Origin: Actinomycetota bacterium
GTDB lineage: Bacteria; Actinomycetota; UBA4738; HRBIN12
Direction of reading: 5' to 3'
NCBI GenBank assembly: GCA_036374435.1
Contig: DASUTU010000153.1
Coordinates: 7,393-71,392, forward strand
DNA: 64,000 nt
In this document: in pieces, positions 25,940 through 35,061 of the stretch
Position numbering within the stretch: the first letter of the stretch is position 1
Layout: each line of letters starts with the position of its first letter
Translations under genes and position numbers: made by a program
Notes under the pieces: generated by a model
Database searches by the model: none
The model's input: only the letters and a program-made list of their open reading frames with translations
What the model was told of the DNA's origin: nothing

Positions 25940-27157
25940 ATGGACGTGACCATCCGGACCATCACGCAGGAGGAGCTCGTGCCGTTCCTCCAGGCGAACG
26001 ACGCCGCCTTCAGCTCGGCGCCGTCCGAAGAGGACATCGAGCGCGCCCGCAAGCTGGTCGAGCTCGACCGCTGCTTCGTCGCGTTGGACGGGACCGACAT
26101 GGTCGGCACCGCGGCCGTCTTCACGATGCCGATGACCATCCCGGGCGGCGAGCTCGACGTCGGCTACGTCACCGGCGTCGGGGTCAAGCCGACCCACCGG
26201 CGGCGCGGGATCAACACGGGGCTGATGCGGACGCAGCTCGAGCAGGCGCGGGAGCGAGGCGAGCCCGTGGACGTCCTGTACGCCTCGGAGGGGGGCATCT
26301 ACGGACGGTTCGGCTACGGCCTGGCGACGTTCGGGCTGGCCATGGAGGTCGACAGCGCCCGAGCGGCGTTCGTGCGTGGGTATCGACCGTCGGGTTCGAT
26401 CCACCTGGCCGAGTGGGGAGACGCGCTGCCCCGGATCCTCGCCGTCCACCACGCCGTCCGTCCCCGGCGGCCGGGGATGGTCGCGCTCGACGAGGCTCGG
26501 CTCCAGGACACCCTGCACGAACACGGGTCGGAAAAGGAGCTGCCGCTGTTCGTGGCCCTCCATGAAGGCGACGACGGGATGGACGGCTACGTGTTGTACC
26601 GGGTGCGCCACGAGTGGCCGGCCGGAATGCCGCAGTCGACGCTCATGGTGAAGGACCTCCAGGCGACGACGCCCGGCGCGAACGCGGACCTATGGCGATA
26701 CGTGTTCGACGTGGACCTCACCGAGAAGGTCGGGGCCTGGAACCGGGCCGTGGACGACCCGCTGCTGCACCTGGTCGCCGAGCCGCGGCGGCTCCGCGCC
26801 ACCGTGCGCGACAACCTGTGGCTGCGGCTGGTGGACGTCGCCGCCGCGCTCGCCGCTCGGCGGTACGCGTCGCCCGGCGAGGTCGTGCTCGAGGTCCAGG
26901 ACCGGTTCTGCTCGTGGAACGACGGCCGGTACCTGCTGGAGGTCGCGCCCGACGGGACCGCCTCGGCCGGGCCGACGAACCGCGAGCCGGATCTCGTGTG
27001 CCCGGTGAGCGAGCTCGGGGCCGCGTATCTCGGCGGCACCTCGTTCCGCCGGCTCCAGCGGGCCGGGTTGGTGGAGGAGCGCTCGGACGGCGCGCTGGCC
27101 CGGGCGGACGCGATGTTCACCTGGGACCCGGCCCCCTGGTCTCCCTACGTGTTCTGA
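25940..27157 (+). CDS. GNAT N-acetyltransferase with C-terminal sterol-carrier-like extension (Eis-like architecture)
   Basis: GNAT core VKPTHRRRGINTGLMRTQLEQARERGEPVDVLYASEGGIYGRFGY, followed by about 250 aa of Eis-like C-terminal region. Total about 405 aa. Confidence 0.7.
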   Translation: MDVTIRTITQEELVPFLQANDAAFSSAPSEEDIERARKLVELDRCFVALDGTDMVGTAAVFTMPMTIPGGELDVGYVTGVGVKPTHRRRGINTGLMRTQLEQARERGEPVDVLYASEGGIYGRFGYGLATFGLAMEVDSARAAFVRGYRPSGSIHLAEWGDALPRILAVHHAVRPRRPGMVALDEARLQDTLHEHGSEKELPLFVALHEGDDGMDGYVLYRVRHEWPAGMPQSTLMVKDLQATTPGANADLWRYVFDVDLTEKVGAWNRAVDDPLLHLVAEPRRLRATVRDNLWLRLVDVAAALAARRYASPGEVVLEVQDRFCSWNDGRYLLEVAPDGTASAGPTNREPDLVCPVSELGAAYLGGTSFRRLQRAGLVEERSDGALARADAMFTWDPAPWSPYVF

Positions 27158-27164
27158 ACCCCCC

Positions 27165-27623
27165 TCACCGCGAGAGCCGGATCTCCTCGACCTCCACGGG
27201 CGCGTCGTCGCCGGCCCGGGTGATCACGACGCCTTCACACTCGGCGAGCTGTTCCACCTCTCGAGCGGTCAGGCCGAGCACGGCGCGTTCGATCAGCGGG
27301 GTGTGGGAGATCGCGAGCCCGCTCCCGCCGTCCGGGACGGCATCGAGCAGCGCGGAGACCACGCCGGCCATGGCCAGCGGCGAGGCGTCGTTGTCCTTGC
27401 CGGCCAACCCCGGGACCACCGCGTGCGGCGGGAGCTGGCCCCCGGACCCCCGCAACATCCAGGCGACCGTCTCCGCGGCACGCTGGGCCGGCGAGATGAA
27501 GACCACGTCGTAGCCGCCGTCGAGGTCGCGGCCGACGTCTTCGGCCCGCGCCCGCCCCGCCGCCGAGAGCCGGTCCGCGGCCGGGTCGCGCTGGGCGTGG
27601 CGGCGGATCTCGAGTCGCTTCAT
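27165..27623 (-). CDS. histidine phosphatase superfamily protein (SixA / phosphoglycerate-mutase-like)
   Basis: MKRLEIRRHAQRD (RHG-type catalytic His near the N-terminus) and DVVFISPAQRAAETVAWM. Longer ORFs in other frames over this locus are R/G-rich overprints. Confidence 0.65.
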   Translation of the reverse strand: MKRLEIRRHAQRDPAADRLSAAGRARAEDVGRDLDGGYDVVFISPAQRAAETVAWMLRGSGGQLPPHAVVPGLAGKDNDASPLAMAGVVSALLDAVPDGGSGLAISHTPLIERAVLGLTAREVEQLAECEGVVITRAGDDAPVEVEEIRLSR

Positions 27624-27657
27624 CCGCGTGGATCTCCTCGTCGGGGCGTCGTGTAGC

Positions 27658-28143
27658 ATGCCCGCGCCCGTGAAGCGTACCCACGCCGTCGCCGTGTTCA
27701 CCCTCGCCCTCGCCGTGTTGGCGGCGTCGTGCACCGGAGACGGCGACGACGACGGGAACACCGGCGCGACCGGGGCGACGGCCGGGGCGACCGGCGCGAC
27801 CGGGGGGGAGGGGCCGACCCCGGTCCAGTCCGGGTCGGACACGGCCGGCACCTACGAATACTCGAACGCCGGCCTCGTGGCCGTGCTCGAGCTGGACGGG
27901 GCCGCCGGGAGCCTCGAAGTGGACAACGGCACGGACCACGAGCTGCCCGACCCGGGCTTCTACGCCCGCCACGCGCTCACCGGCGCCCGAACCGACGGCG
28001 TCGTGACCGACCCCGCCCCGATCCCACCCGGCGAGACCGGGACCTTCGAGATCGAGCTCGAGGGCCTCACGGTCGGGGACATCGGCGTCCTGGGGCTGTT
28101 GTTCGGCGAGGAGGACTACGGCCTGCTCGTGCGAACGGCCTGA
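27658..28143 (+). CDS. small secreted lipoprotein, unknown function
   Basis: MPAPVKRTHAVAVFTLALAVLAASCTGDGDDDG (lipobox LAAS-C), then a Gly/Thr/Ala-rich linker and a small domain. The start could instead be the GTG 9 nt downstream. Confidence 0.5.
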   Translation: MPAPVKRTHAVAVFTLALAVLAASCTGDGDDDGNTGATGATAGATGATGGEGPTPVQSGSDTAGTYEYSNAGLVAVLELDGAAGSLEVDNGTDHELPDPGFYARHALTGARTDGVVTDPAPIPPGETGTFEIELEGLTVGDIGVLGLLFGEEDYGLLVRTA

Positions 28144-28148
28144 AGCGC

Positions 28149-28697
28149 TCAGGCCCGGCTGGGGGGTTCGTCCTCGCCGGCCACGGCCCGGGCCAGGACG
28201 AACAGCAGGTCCGACAGCCGGTTCACGTAGTGGAGCACCGACTCGTTCACCTCGGCCCCGCCGTCGCGCAGGGCGACCACGCGGCGTTCCGCCCGGCGCG
28301 CCACCGCCCGGGCCAGGTCGAGCGCGGCCGAGACCGGGTTGGCCCCCGGCACCACGAACACGCCGGGCAAGGGACGGGCCCCGACGAGGTCGTCGATCCA
28401 GGCCTCGAGCCCGGCCACCATGTCCGGCGCCGTGAGCGACACGCCGGCCTCCAGCCGGGCGCGTTCGGCCGGGTTCGTGGCCAGGTCGGCGCCGAGCACG
28501 AACAGCTCCCGCTGGAGCCCGAGGAGGTCCTCCGCGAGCTTCGGATCCTCGGTCCGGGCCCGGGCCACGCCGAGCGCCGCCACCACCTCGTCGAGCGTGC
28601 CGACGGCTTCGGCCACCGGGTCGGCTTTGGTGATCCGGCCCCCGTACAACAGCCCGGTCGATCCGTCGTCCCCGGTCCTCGTGTAGATGCGAGGCAT
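28149..28697 (-). CDS. ATP:cob(I)alamin adenosyltransferase, PduO-type
   Basis: MPRIYTRTGDDGSTGLLYGGRITKADPVAEAVGTLDEVVAALGVAR is the classic PduO/MMAB N-terminus. The ORF-track start further upstream is an unlikely extension. Confidence 0.8.
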   Translation of the reverse strand: MPRIYTRTGDDGSTGLLYGGRITKADPVAEAVGTLDEVVAALGVARARTEDPKLAEDLLGLQRELFVLGADLATNPAERARLEAGVSLTAPDMVAGLEAWIDDLVGARPLPGVFVVPGANPVSAALDLARAVARRAERRVVALRDGGAEVNESVLHYVNRLSDLLFVLARAVAGEDEPPSRA

Positions 28698-28974
28698 CCG
28701 GCTAGGATAGCCGCAGGACCGCCCGCCCTCGGGCGGCACGAGTGACCCGGCAATCTCGAGGGGCTCGAGCATGACGACTGCCGCAAGGGACACACGTTCC
28801 ACAGAATGCACCAGGAGCGCGTGCATCTCGCGTGGCCCTCAGGCCTCTCGTGATCCTTACCTATACTCGTGCAACGTGTGGCACATGTGATTCTTGTGAG
28901 GATGGAGGCTCGGGTGCTACGCTGACCGGCCCGGTCGGCCGGAGCCCTCGAGCTCATCGACGGAAGGAGGCAAC

Positions 28975-29859
28975 ATGGCCGGGAGGTTCGGGGCGGTGGT
29001 CACCGCCATGGTCACGCCGTTCAGGGAGGACCATTCGCTGGACCTCGACGCCGCGAGCAGCCTCGCCGCGTACCTGCTCGAACACGGCACGGAGTCGATC
29101 GTCGTGGCCGGGTCCACCGGCGAGTCCCCCACGCTCACTCACAAGGAGAAGCTCGAGCTCTTCCGCGCCGTGATCGAGGTCGCCGGCGACGACGGCAAGG
29201 TGATCTGTGGCACCGGGACCTACAACACGGCCGAGACGATCGAGCTCTCGCGCGAGGCCGAGGGGCTGGGCGCGGACGGGCTGCTGCTGGTCACGCCCTA
29301 CTACAACAAGCCGCCGCAGCGGGGCCTGCTCGAACACTTCCGTCGCGTGGCGGCGGTGGTGGACCTGCCGATCATCGCCTACAACATCCCCGGGCGGACC
29401 GCCACGCGGATCGAACACGCCACGCTCCTGGAGATGGCGGAGGTGCCGAACATCGTCGGCGTGAAGGACTCGACCGGCGACTTCCAGGCGATCTCGCGTC
29501 TCATCAGCGAGGCGCCCCCCGAGTTCGAGGTCTACTCGGGCGACGACTGGGCGACCTTCGGTTACCTGTGCCTCGGCGCGGTGGGCATCGTGTCGGTCGC
29601 GGCGCACCTGGTCGGAGATCGGATCCGGCAGATGTGCGACCTGATCTTCTCCGGAGACATCCCGGCGGCCCGCAAGATCCACGAGGAGCTCACGCCGCTG
29701 TTCAACGCCCTGTTCATCACGAGCAACCCGATCCCGGTCAAGACGGCGCTCGAGATGGTGGGGCGCCCGGTCGGGCCGCCGCGCCTCCCGCTCGTCCCGG
29801 CCACCCGCGAGGAGCGGGAGCGGATCCGCCGGGCGCTGGCCGATGCCGCGCTCCTCTGA
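28975..29859 (+). CDS. dapA: 4-hydroxy-tetrahydrodipicolinate synthase
   Basis: SD GGAAGGAGG before ATG. GAVVTAMVTPF, VVAGSTGESPTLTHKEK, LLLVTPYYNKP, and the catalytic-Lys region IVGVKDSTGD. Confidence 0.95.
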   Translation: MAGRFGAVVTAMVTPFREDHSLDLDAASSLAAYLLEHGTESIVVAGSTGESPTLTHKEKLELFRAVIEVAGDDGKVICGTGTYNTAETIELSREAEGLGADGLLLVTPYYNKPPQRGLLEHFRRVAAVVDLPIIAYNIPGRTATRIEHATLLEMAEVPNIVGVKDSTGDFQAISRLISEAPPEFEVYSGDDWATFGYLCLGAVGIVSVAAHLVGDRIRQMCDLIFSGDIPAARKIHEELTPLFNALFITSNPIPVKTALEMVGRPVGPPRLPLVPATREERERIRRALADAALL

Positions 29860-31558
29860 GCCGGTCCTTCCCGCACCCCCCGAGACGCTCCGACGTCCGG
29901 ACGGGCCCGCCAGGGTCGTCTTCCTCGGCGGCGTCGGCGAGGTCGGCCGCAACATGGCCTGCGTCGAGCTCGACGGGCGCCTGCTGATCCTCGACGCCGG
30001 CCTGTCGTTCCCGCACGCCGAGATGCCGGGCATCGACCTGGTGCTCCCGGACTTCGAATACGTCCGAGGGCGCCTGGGCGACGTGGAGGCGGTCGTCCTC
30101 ACCCACGGACACGAAGATCACATCGGCGCGATCCCGTACCTGCTCCGCGAGCTGGCGCGGCCCGTTCCCGTGTACGGCACGGCGTTCACGCTGGCCCTGC
30201 TGGAGGGCAAGCTCGAGGAGCACGGCGTTCGCGAACGGGCCGAGCCGCGGCGCGTGGTGCCCGGCGAGGCCGCCCGGGTGGGGCCGTTCTCGATGCGGTT
30301 CCTGCGCGTCACGCACTCGATCCCGGATGGCATGGCCGTGGTAATCGACACGCCGTTCGGCTCGATCCTGCACACGGGCGACTTCAAGATCGACCAGACC
30401 CCGCTGGACGGCCGGCCCACCGACCTGCACGGGCTGGCCGAGGAGGCGGGCCACGGGGTCCACCTGCTGCTGTCCGACTCGACGAACGCGGAGGAGGGCG
30501 GCTACACGACGAGCGAACGCAGCGTCGGTCCCGTGCTGCAGGAGATCATCTCGCGCGCGCCGCAACTCGTCGTGGTGGCGTGCTTCAGCAGCCACATCCA
30601 CCGCATCCAGCAGGTGGTGAACGCCGCCCGGGCCGACGAGCGCGTCGTGGCCTTCCTCGGGCGCTCCATGCACCAGAGCGTCGAGGCAGCCCGGACGCTC
30701 GGCATCCTGCACGCCCCCGAGAGCGACGTCGTGCCGATCGAGGAGGTGGAACGCCTGGACCCCGCGCGGGTCGTCGTCATCTGCACGGGGTCCCAGGGCG
30801 AGCCGCTGTCGGCGCTCAGCCTCATGGCGGCGCGCGAGCACAAGTGGGTGACGCTCCGCGAGGGCGACAGCGTGGTCCTTTCGAGCAGCCTGATCCCCGG
30901 CAACGAGCCCGCCATCCACCGGGTGGTGGACGGGTTGTACCGGACGGGCGCCGACGTGTTCCACCTGCCGACCTATCCGGTCCACGCGAGCGGGCACGCC
31001 GCCGCCGAGGAGCTGCGGCTCATGTTGTCGCTGGTCCGGCCGCGATGGTTCGTCCCGATCCACGGCGAGCGCCGCCACCTGGCGCATCACGCCAAGATCG
31101 CCACCGAGGTCGGCATCCCGCCCGACCACGTCCTGATCTGCGAGGACGGAGACGTCCTCGAGGTGGGGGAGAAGGTGGAGATCGTTGGGCGGGTTCCGGC
31201 CGGCATGACGTTCGTGGACGGGCTCGGCATCGGCGACGTCGGCGACGTGGTCCTGCGCGACCGCCGCAAGCTCTCCTCCGAGGGCGTGGTCGTGGTGGTC
31301 ATCGCCGTCGACGCGCACCACGGACAGCTCGTGGCCGGCCCGGACATCGTCAACCGCGGGTTCGTGTTCGACGAGACCTCCGGCGACATCCTTGAAGCGG
31401 CCCGCGAACGCGTCATGCTCTCGTTGCGGGAGTCGGCCGAGGCCGAGGTGGTCGACCGGGGCGTGCTCGAGCAGAACGTCCGGCGCACGCTGAGCCGGTA
31501 CTTCTACGAGCAGACCCAGCGCAAGCCGGTGATCCTGCCGGTCATCCTGGAGGTGTAG
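29843..31558 (+). CDS. rnj: ribonuclease J (metallo-beta-lactamase / beta-CASP)
   Basis: HxHxDH motif in VVLTHGHEDHIGAIPYLL; beta-CASP region; C-terminal domain. Conserved position next to dapA. Confidence 0.9.
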   Translation: MPRSSEPVLPAPPETLRRPDGPARVVFLGGVGEVGRNMACVELDGRLLILDAGLSFPHAEMPGIDLVLPDFEYVRGRLGDVEAVVLTHGHEDHIGAIPYLLRELARPVPVYGTAFTLALLEGKLEEHGVRERAEPRRVVPGEAARVGPFSMRFLRVTHSIPDGMAVVIDTPFGSILHTGDFKIDQTPLDGRPTDLHGLAEEAGHGVHLLLSDSTNAEEGGYTTSERSVGPVLQEIISRAPQLVVVACFSSHIHRIQQVVNAARADERVVAFLGRSMHQSVEAARTLGILHAPESDVVPIEEVERLDPARVVVICTGSQGEPLSALSLMAAREHKWVTLREGDSVVLSSSLIPGNEPAIHRVVDGLYRTGADVFHLPTYPVHASGHAAAEELRLMLSLVRPRWFVPIHGERRHLAHHAKIATEVGIPPDHVLICEDGDVLEVGEKVEIVGRVPAGMTFVDGLGIGDVGDVVLRDRRKLSSEGVVVVVIAVDAHHGQLVAGPDIVNRGFVFDETSGDILEAARERVMLSLRESAEAEVVDRGVLEQNVRRTLSRYFYEQTQRKPVILPVILEV

Positions 31559-33753
31559 TGGGAACGAGGTCGAAGGGCCGCTCGGGCCGAACCCGAACGG
31601 GCCGCACGCCGGTGCGTCAACACGTCGCCCCGTGGGCGCGCGACGCGTTCGGGATCGGGCTCGTGGTGCTCGGGCTCCTGGCCGTGCTGGCGTTGTGGTT
31701 CGAGGCGGCCGGGCCCGTGGGCGGGGGCGTCGACTGGCTGCTGCGGGGCTCGATCGGGGTGGCGGCGACTAGCTTCCCCGTGATCGCCCTGTACTGGGGG
31801 GTCGTGCTCCTGCGAGGGCGTCCGGAGGAGGAGCGCGTCCGGATGTTCATCGGGTTCGCGCTGGCGCTCGTCGCGGCGTTGGCCCTGCTCTCTTTGTGGA
31901 ACGGGAACCCCCGTCCGATCGCCGGCCACGCCAAGGTGAGCGAGGCCGCCGGCGTGGTGGGCGCGCTGGCGTCGTGGCCGCTCGGCAAGCTGATCTCCAA
32001 GACCGGGACGGCGATCGTGTGGTCCGGCGCCGTGGTCCTCGGCCTGCTCATCTTCACCGGGACCCCGCTCGCGTCGGTGTTCACCTGGGTGCGCGAACGC
32101 GTGGCCCGGAATGAAGAGGCCGAGGAAGAAGAGGACGAGGAGCCGCGTCCGGCCCGGCGTCCGCCTCGCGTGATCCACGCCGACGACGAGGCCGTGGTCG
32201 AGCTCCTCGACGAGCCGCCGCCGTCGGAGCCCCAACCCGAACCCGAGCCGATCGAGGTCCCCGAGCTGGTTCGGCCGCGTCCGGGGGGCGGGCGGTACGA
32301 GCTCCCCCCGCTGGACCTGCTGCGGATCTCACCTCCCTCTGCCGGGAGCACCCGGGACGAGGAACACACCACCGAGGCGTTGGAGCGCACGTTCCACACG
32401 TTCGGCGTGCCGGCCCACGTCGTGGCCTCGCACCGCGGCCCCACGGTGACGTTGTACGAGGTCGAGGTCGAGGCCGGGACGAAGGTCAACAAGGTGCTCT
32501 CGCTCGCCGACGACATCGCCTACGCGCTCGCCACGCCCGACGTCCGCATCATCGCGCCGATCCCGGGCAAGTCCGCCATCGGCGTGGAGGTGCCCAACAA
32601 GGTCCGTGACTTCGTCATGCTCGGGGACGTCCTGCGGTCTCGCACGGCGGCCGAGGACCGGCACCCGCTGGCCGTCGCGCTCGGCAAAGACGTGCACGGG
32701 CGGGCCCAGCTCGTGAACCTCACTGCGATGCCGCACCTGCTGATCGCCGGGGCGACCGGCGCCGGCAAGTCGAGCCTCATCAACTCGTTCATCAGCTCGG
32801 TGTTGATGCGGGCCACGCCGGACCAGGTCAAGCTCGTCCTGGTGGACCCCAAACGGGTCGAGCTCACGCACTTCGCGGACCTGCCGCACCTGCTGGTCCC
32901 GGTGATCGTGCACCCCAAACGCGCCGCCGAGGCGTTGTCGTGGGTGGTGCGGGAGATGGAGCAGCGGTACGAGGTGCTGGCCATGGTCGGCGTCCGCGAC
33001 ATCGACGGGTACCGCGCCGGCCTGGCGGAGGGGACGTTGCGGATCCCGCCGGGGCAGGAGGAGCGGGCCGTCGAGTTCCCCTACCTCCTGGTCGTGATCG
33101 ACGAGCTCGCCGACCTCATGATGGTCGCTCCCCGCGACGTCGAGGACGCGATCTGTCGGATCGCGCAGATGGCGAGGGCGGTGGGCATTCACCTGGTGGT
33201 CGCCACGCAGCGGCCGAGCGTCGACGTCGTGACTGGGCTCATCAAGGCGAACATCCCCAGCCGGATCGCGCTGATGACCTCGAGCCAGGCCGACAGCCGG
33301 GTGATCCTCGACATGAACGGGGCCGAGAAGCTGGTGGGGCACGGCGACCTGCTGTTCGCCCCCTCGTCGGCCTCCAAGCCCACCCGGCTCCAGGCGGCGT
33401 GGGTCACCGAGAAGGAGGTCCAGCAGGTGGCGGAGTGGGTCCGGGCGCAGCGGGCCGCCGACTACGCCATAAGCGTGGAGGGTCTCGGCCGGCCACCGGT
33501 CGACGACGAAGGCGACGCGGGCCTGGGGGGCGACGACGAGCTGCTCGAGCAGGCCGCCGACCTGGTGATCCGCTCGCAGCTCGGCTCGACCAGCATGCTC
33601 CAGCGCAAGCTGAAGGTGGGCTTCGCCCGCGCCGGCCGGTTGATGGACCTGCTCGAGGAGCGCGGGCTGGTGGGGCCATCGCAGGGATCGAAGGCCCGCG
33701 ACGTGTTGATCACGCCGGAGGAGTGGGAGGAGTCCCGCTCGGCGTCGGCCTGA
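31558..33753 (+). CDS. ftsK: DNA translocase FtsK/SpoIIIE
   Basis: N-terminal TM helices, acidic/Pro linker, motor domain with Walker A LLIAGATGAGKSSLINS, VVIDELADLMM and HLVVATQRPSVDV, and the gamma domain at the C-terminus. Confidence 0.95.
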   Translation: MGTRSKGRSGRTRTGRTPVRQHVAPWARDAFGIGLVVLGLLAVLALWFEAAGPVGGGVDWLLRGSIGVAATSFPVIALYWGVVLLRGRPEEERVRMFIGFALALVAALALLSLWNGNPRPIAGHAKVSEAAGVVGALASWPLGKLISKTGTAIVWSGAVVLGLLIFTGTPLASVFTWVRERVARNEEAEEEEDEEPRPARRPPRVIHADDEAVVELLDEPPPSEPQPEPEPIEVPELVRPRPGGGRYELPPLDLLRISPPSAGSTRDEEHTTEALERTFHTFGVPAHVVASHRGPTVTLYEVEVEAGTKVNKVLSLADDIAYALATPDVRIIAPIPGKSAIGVEVPNKVRDFVMLGDVLRSRTAAEDRHPLAVALGKDVHGRAQLVNLTAMPHLLIAGATGAGKSSLINSFISSVLMRATPDQVKLVLVDPKRVELTHFADLPHLLVPVIVHPKRAAEALSWVVREMEQRYEVLAMVGVRDIDGYRAGLAEGTLRIPPGQEERAVEFPYLLVVIDELADLMMVAPRDVEDAICRIAQMARAVGIHLVVATQRPSVDVVTGLIKANIPSRIALMTSSQADSRVILDMNGAEKLVGHGDLLFAPSSASKPTRLQAAWVTEKEVQQVAEWVRAQRAADYAISVEGLGRPPVDDEGDAGLGGDDELLEQAADLVIRSQLGSTSMLQRKLKVGFARAGRLMDLLEERGLVGPSQGSKARDVLITPEEWEESRSASA

Positions 33754-33754
33754 C

Positions 33755-34003
33755 CTACAAGGTCGAGAGCAGCTCGTTGAGCAGCAGGAGGGTCTCGGCC
33801 TGGACCTCGTCGTCCGCGGCGTAGGTGCCGCGCCAGACCTCTTCCTGCCAGTAGCGATGGATCGTCGCCGGCGTCCACCCGCGAAGCAGCGCGGAGCGGT
33901 GGCCGCGGGCGAACTCGCTGCCCTCCCACAGGGCCCACGGATGGACCAGGAACCCTCCCCGCTCGCCGTCGGCCGAGAGCCACAACGCCCCGACGGGCCT
34001 CAC
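33755..34003 (-). CDS. small Trp-rich hypothetical protein (82 aa)
   Basis: Convergent with ftsK (stops 1 nt apart). GC3 about 93% in this frame. GTG overlaps the stop of the upstream 44-aa ORF (GTGA). MRPVGALWLSADGERGGFLVHPWALWEGSEFARGHRSALLRGWTPATIHRYWQEEVWRG... Confidence 0.4.
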   Translation of the reverse strand: MRPVGALWLSADGERGGFLVHPWALWEGSEFARGHRSALLRGWTPATIHRYWQEEVWRGTYAADDEVQAETLLLLNELLSTL

Positions 34004-34134
34004 ACCCCATCGTCCTGTTTGCCCCGCATCAACAGGTACCGGACGCGTCCTTCGTCGGTCAGCTCCGGGGTGGTGGGAAGGCGGACGATCGAGAACGGAG
34101 ACCTGGCCCCGATCTGGGTTCGTTCGGTGATCAT
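34000..34134 (-). CDS. very small hypothetical protein (44 aa), translationally coupled to the 82-aa ORF
   Basis: ATG preceded by AGGGGGA at -14. MITERTQIGARSPFSIVRLPTTPELTDEGRVRYLLMRGKQDDGV. GC3 about 80%. Confidence 0.35.
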   Translation of the reverse strand: MITERTQIGARSPFSIVRLPTTPELTDEGRVRYLLMRGKQDDGV

Positions 34135-34257
34135 GGCGTCGGTCCCCCTGAACCGATCCGTCCGGCAAGACGGTATCCCCTGACCCGTTCCATGGCATCG
34201 GCCGTGCGCCCTCAGACCTTGGGCGGCGGTCGTGGGCTCCCCACACGGTGAGAGTGC

Positions 34258-34995
34258 GTGTTTCTGCTCTCGGCTCGGGATCCGAATCGGCCGTTGCAGC
34301 TACCAGCCGTGTTCGAAGACGACCCCTCCCACCGAACGTCGCCGTCCAAAGGACGAGGTGCGGTCGCGGATTCCTCCGTTGGAGCTGCGGAGCGCGAGCT
34401 CCATCAGCAGCAGGCGCTGGCCGACCTGGCGCTGGCCGAGCTGGCGCTGGCCGAGCTGGCGCTGGCGTTGGGGTCGGACCGGCCCTTCGACGATCTCATC
34501 CAGCTCGTGACGGACCGGGCTCGCGAGGTCATCGGGGCGGACCTGGCGCTCACCAGCCGGATGGGCGGCGGGCCGGCCGGCACGGTCACGCGGATGTCCC
34601 TGTCGGCTCGGATGGCCGGATGTCGCGACCTCCCCGTCCCGCCGCACGAGGCGGGCCTGCCGGCGCTCGTCTGCGAGCGCAATCGATCCATGCGACTCAC
34701 GCAGGCCGAGCTCCACCATCCTGTACCGCGTGGCGCAGGAGGCGCTGGCGACATCCGCAAACACGTCGCCGGCGCGTCGTTCGAGCTGATGCTCTCGGGG
34801 CGGGACGGCGGCCACCTGCTCGAGATCCGCGACGACGGCCCGGGGTTCGATGTGGACGCCGTGCACGCGGGCGGGTTCGACCTCGGCCTGGCGTCGATGC
34901 GCGAACGCGCCGAGCTCGGCGGCGGCTGGTTCGTGGTCCACAGCGCACCCGGCGAGGGAACGTCGCTCCGGGTGTGGATCCCAGATACGGCCTGA
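34258..34995 (+). CDS. GAF/HATPase sensor-kinase-like protein, apparently internally shortened (possible degenerate histidine kinase)
   Basis: C-terminus is a NarL-class HATPase (LLEIRDDGPGFD...GGFDLGLASMRERAELGGGWFVVHSAPGEGTSLRVWIP). A partial GAF-like start (FDDLIQLVTDRAREVIGADLALTSRM) and a weak H-box (ERNRSMRLTQAELHH) are compressed into 245 aa. Contains a 15-bp tandem repeat. Confidence 0.5.
   Translation: MFLLSARDPNRPLQLPAVFEDDPSHRTSPSKGRGAVADSSVGAAERELHQQQALADLALAELALAELALALGSDRPFDDLIQLVTDRAREVIGADLALTSRMGGGPAGTVTRMSLSARMAGCRDLPVPPHEAGLPALVCERNRSMRLTQAELHHPVPRGAGGAGDIRKHVAGASFELMLSGRDGGHLLEIRDDGPGFDVDAVHAGGFDLGLASMRERAELGGGWFVVHSAPGEGTSLRVWIPDTA
34411..34470 (+). repeat. about 4 tandem copies of the 15-bp unit CTGGCGCTGGCCGAG, in frame (encodes (A/Q)LALAE)n)
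   Basis: caggcgctggccgac / ctggcgctggccgag / ctggcgctggccgag / ctggcgctggcgttg are read directly from the sequence. Confidence 0.65.
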
Positions 34996-35061
34996 GCGGT
35001 CCACTCCGATCGTTTGGCTAGGATGGGGCGGATCACACGGCTCACATGAGGGGTTGCGCCG

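Noticed and set aside
28700-28975. Relatively AT-rich 275-bp region upstream of dapA considered as a lysine (L-box) riboswitch
   Set aside because: About 100 nt of likely 5'UTR is too short, and none of the conserved L-box helices or junction motifs could be identified. It is more likely a divergent promoter region for dapA and the adenosyltransferase gene (TATACT -10 at about 28862).
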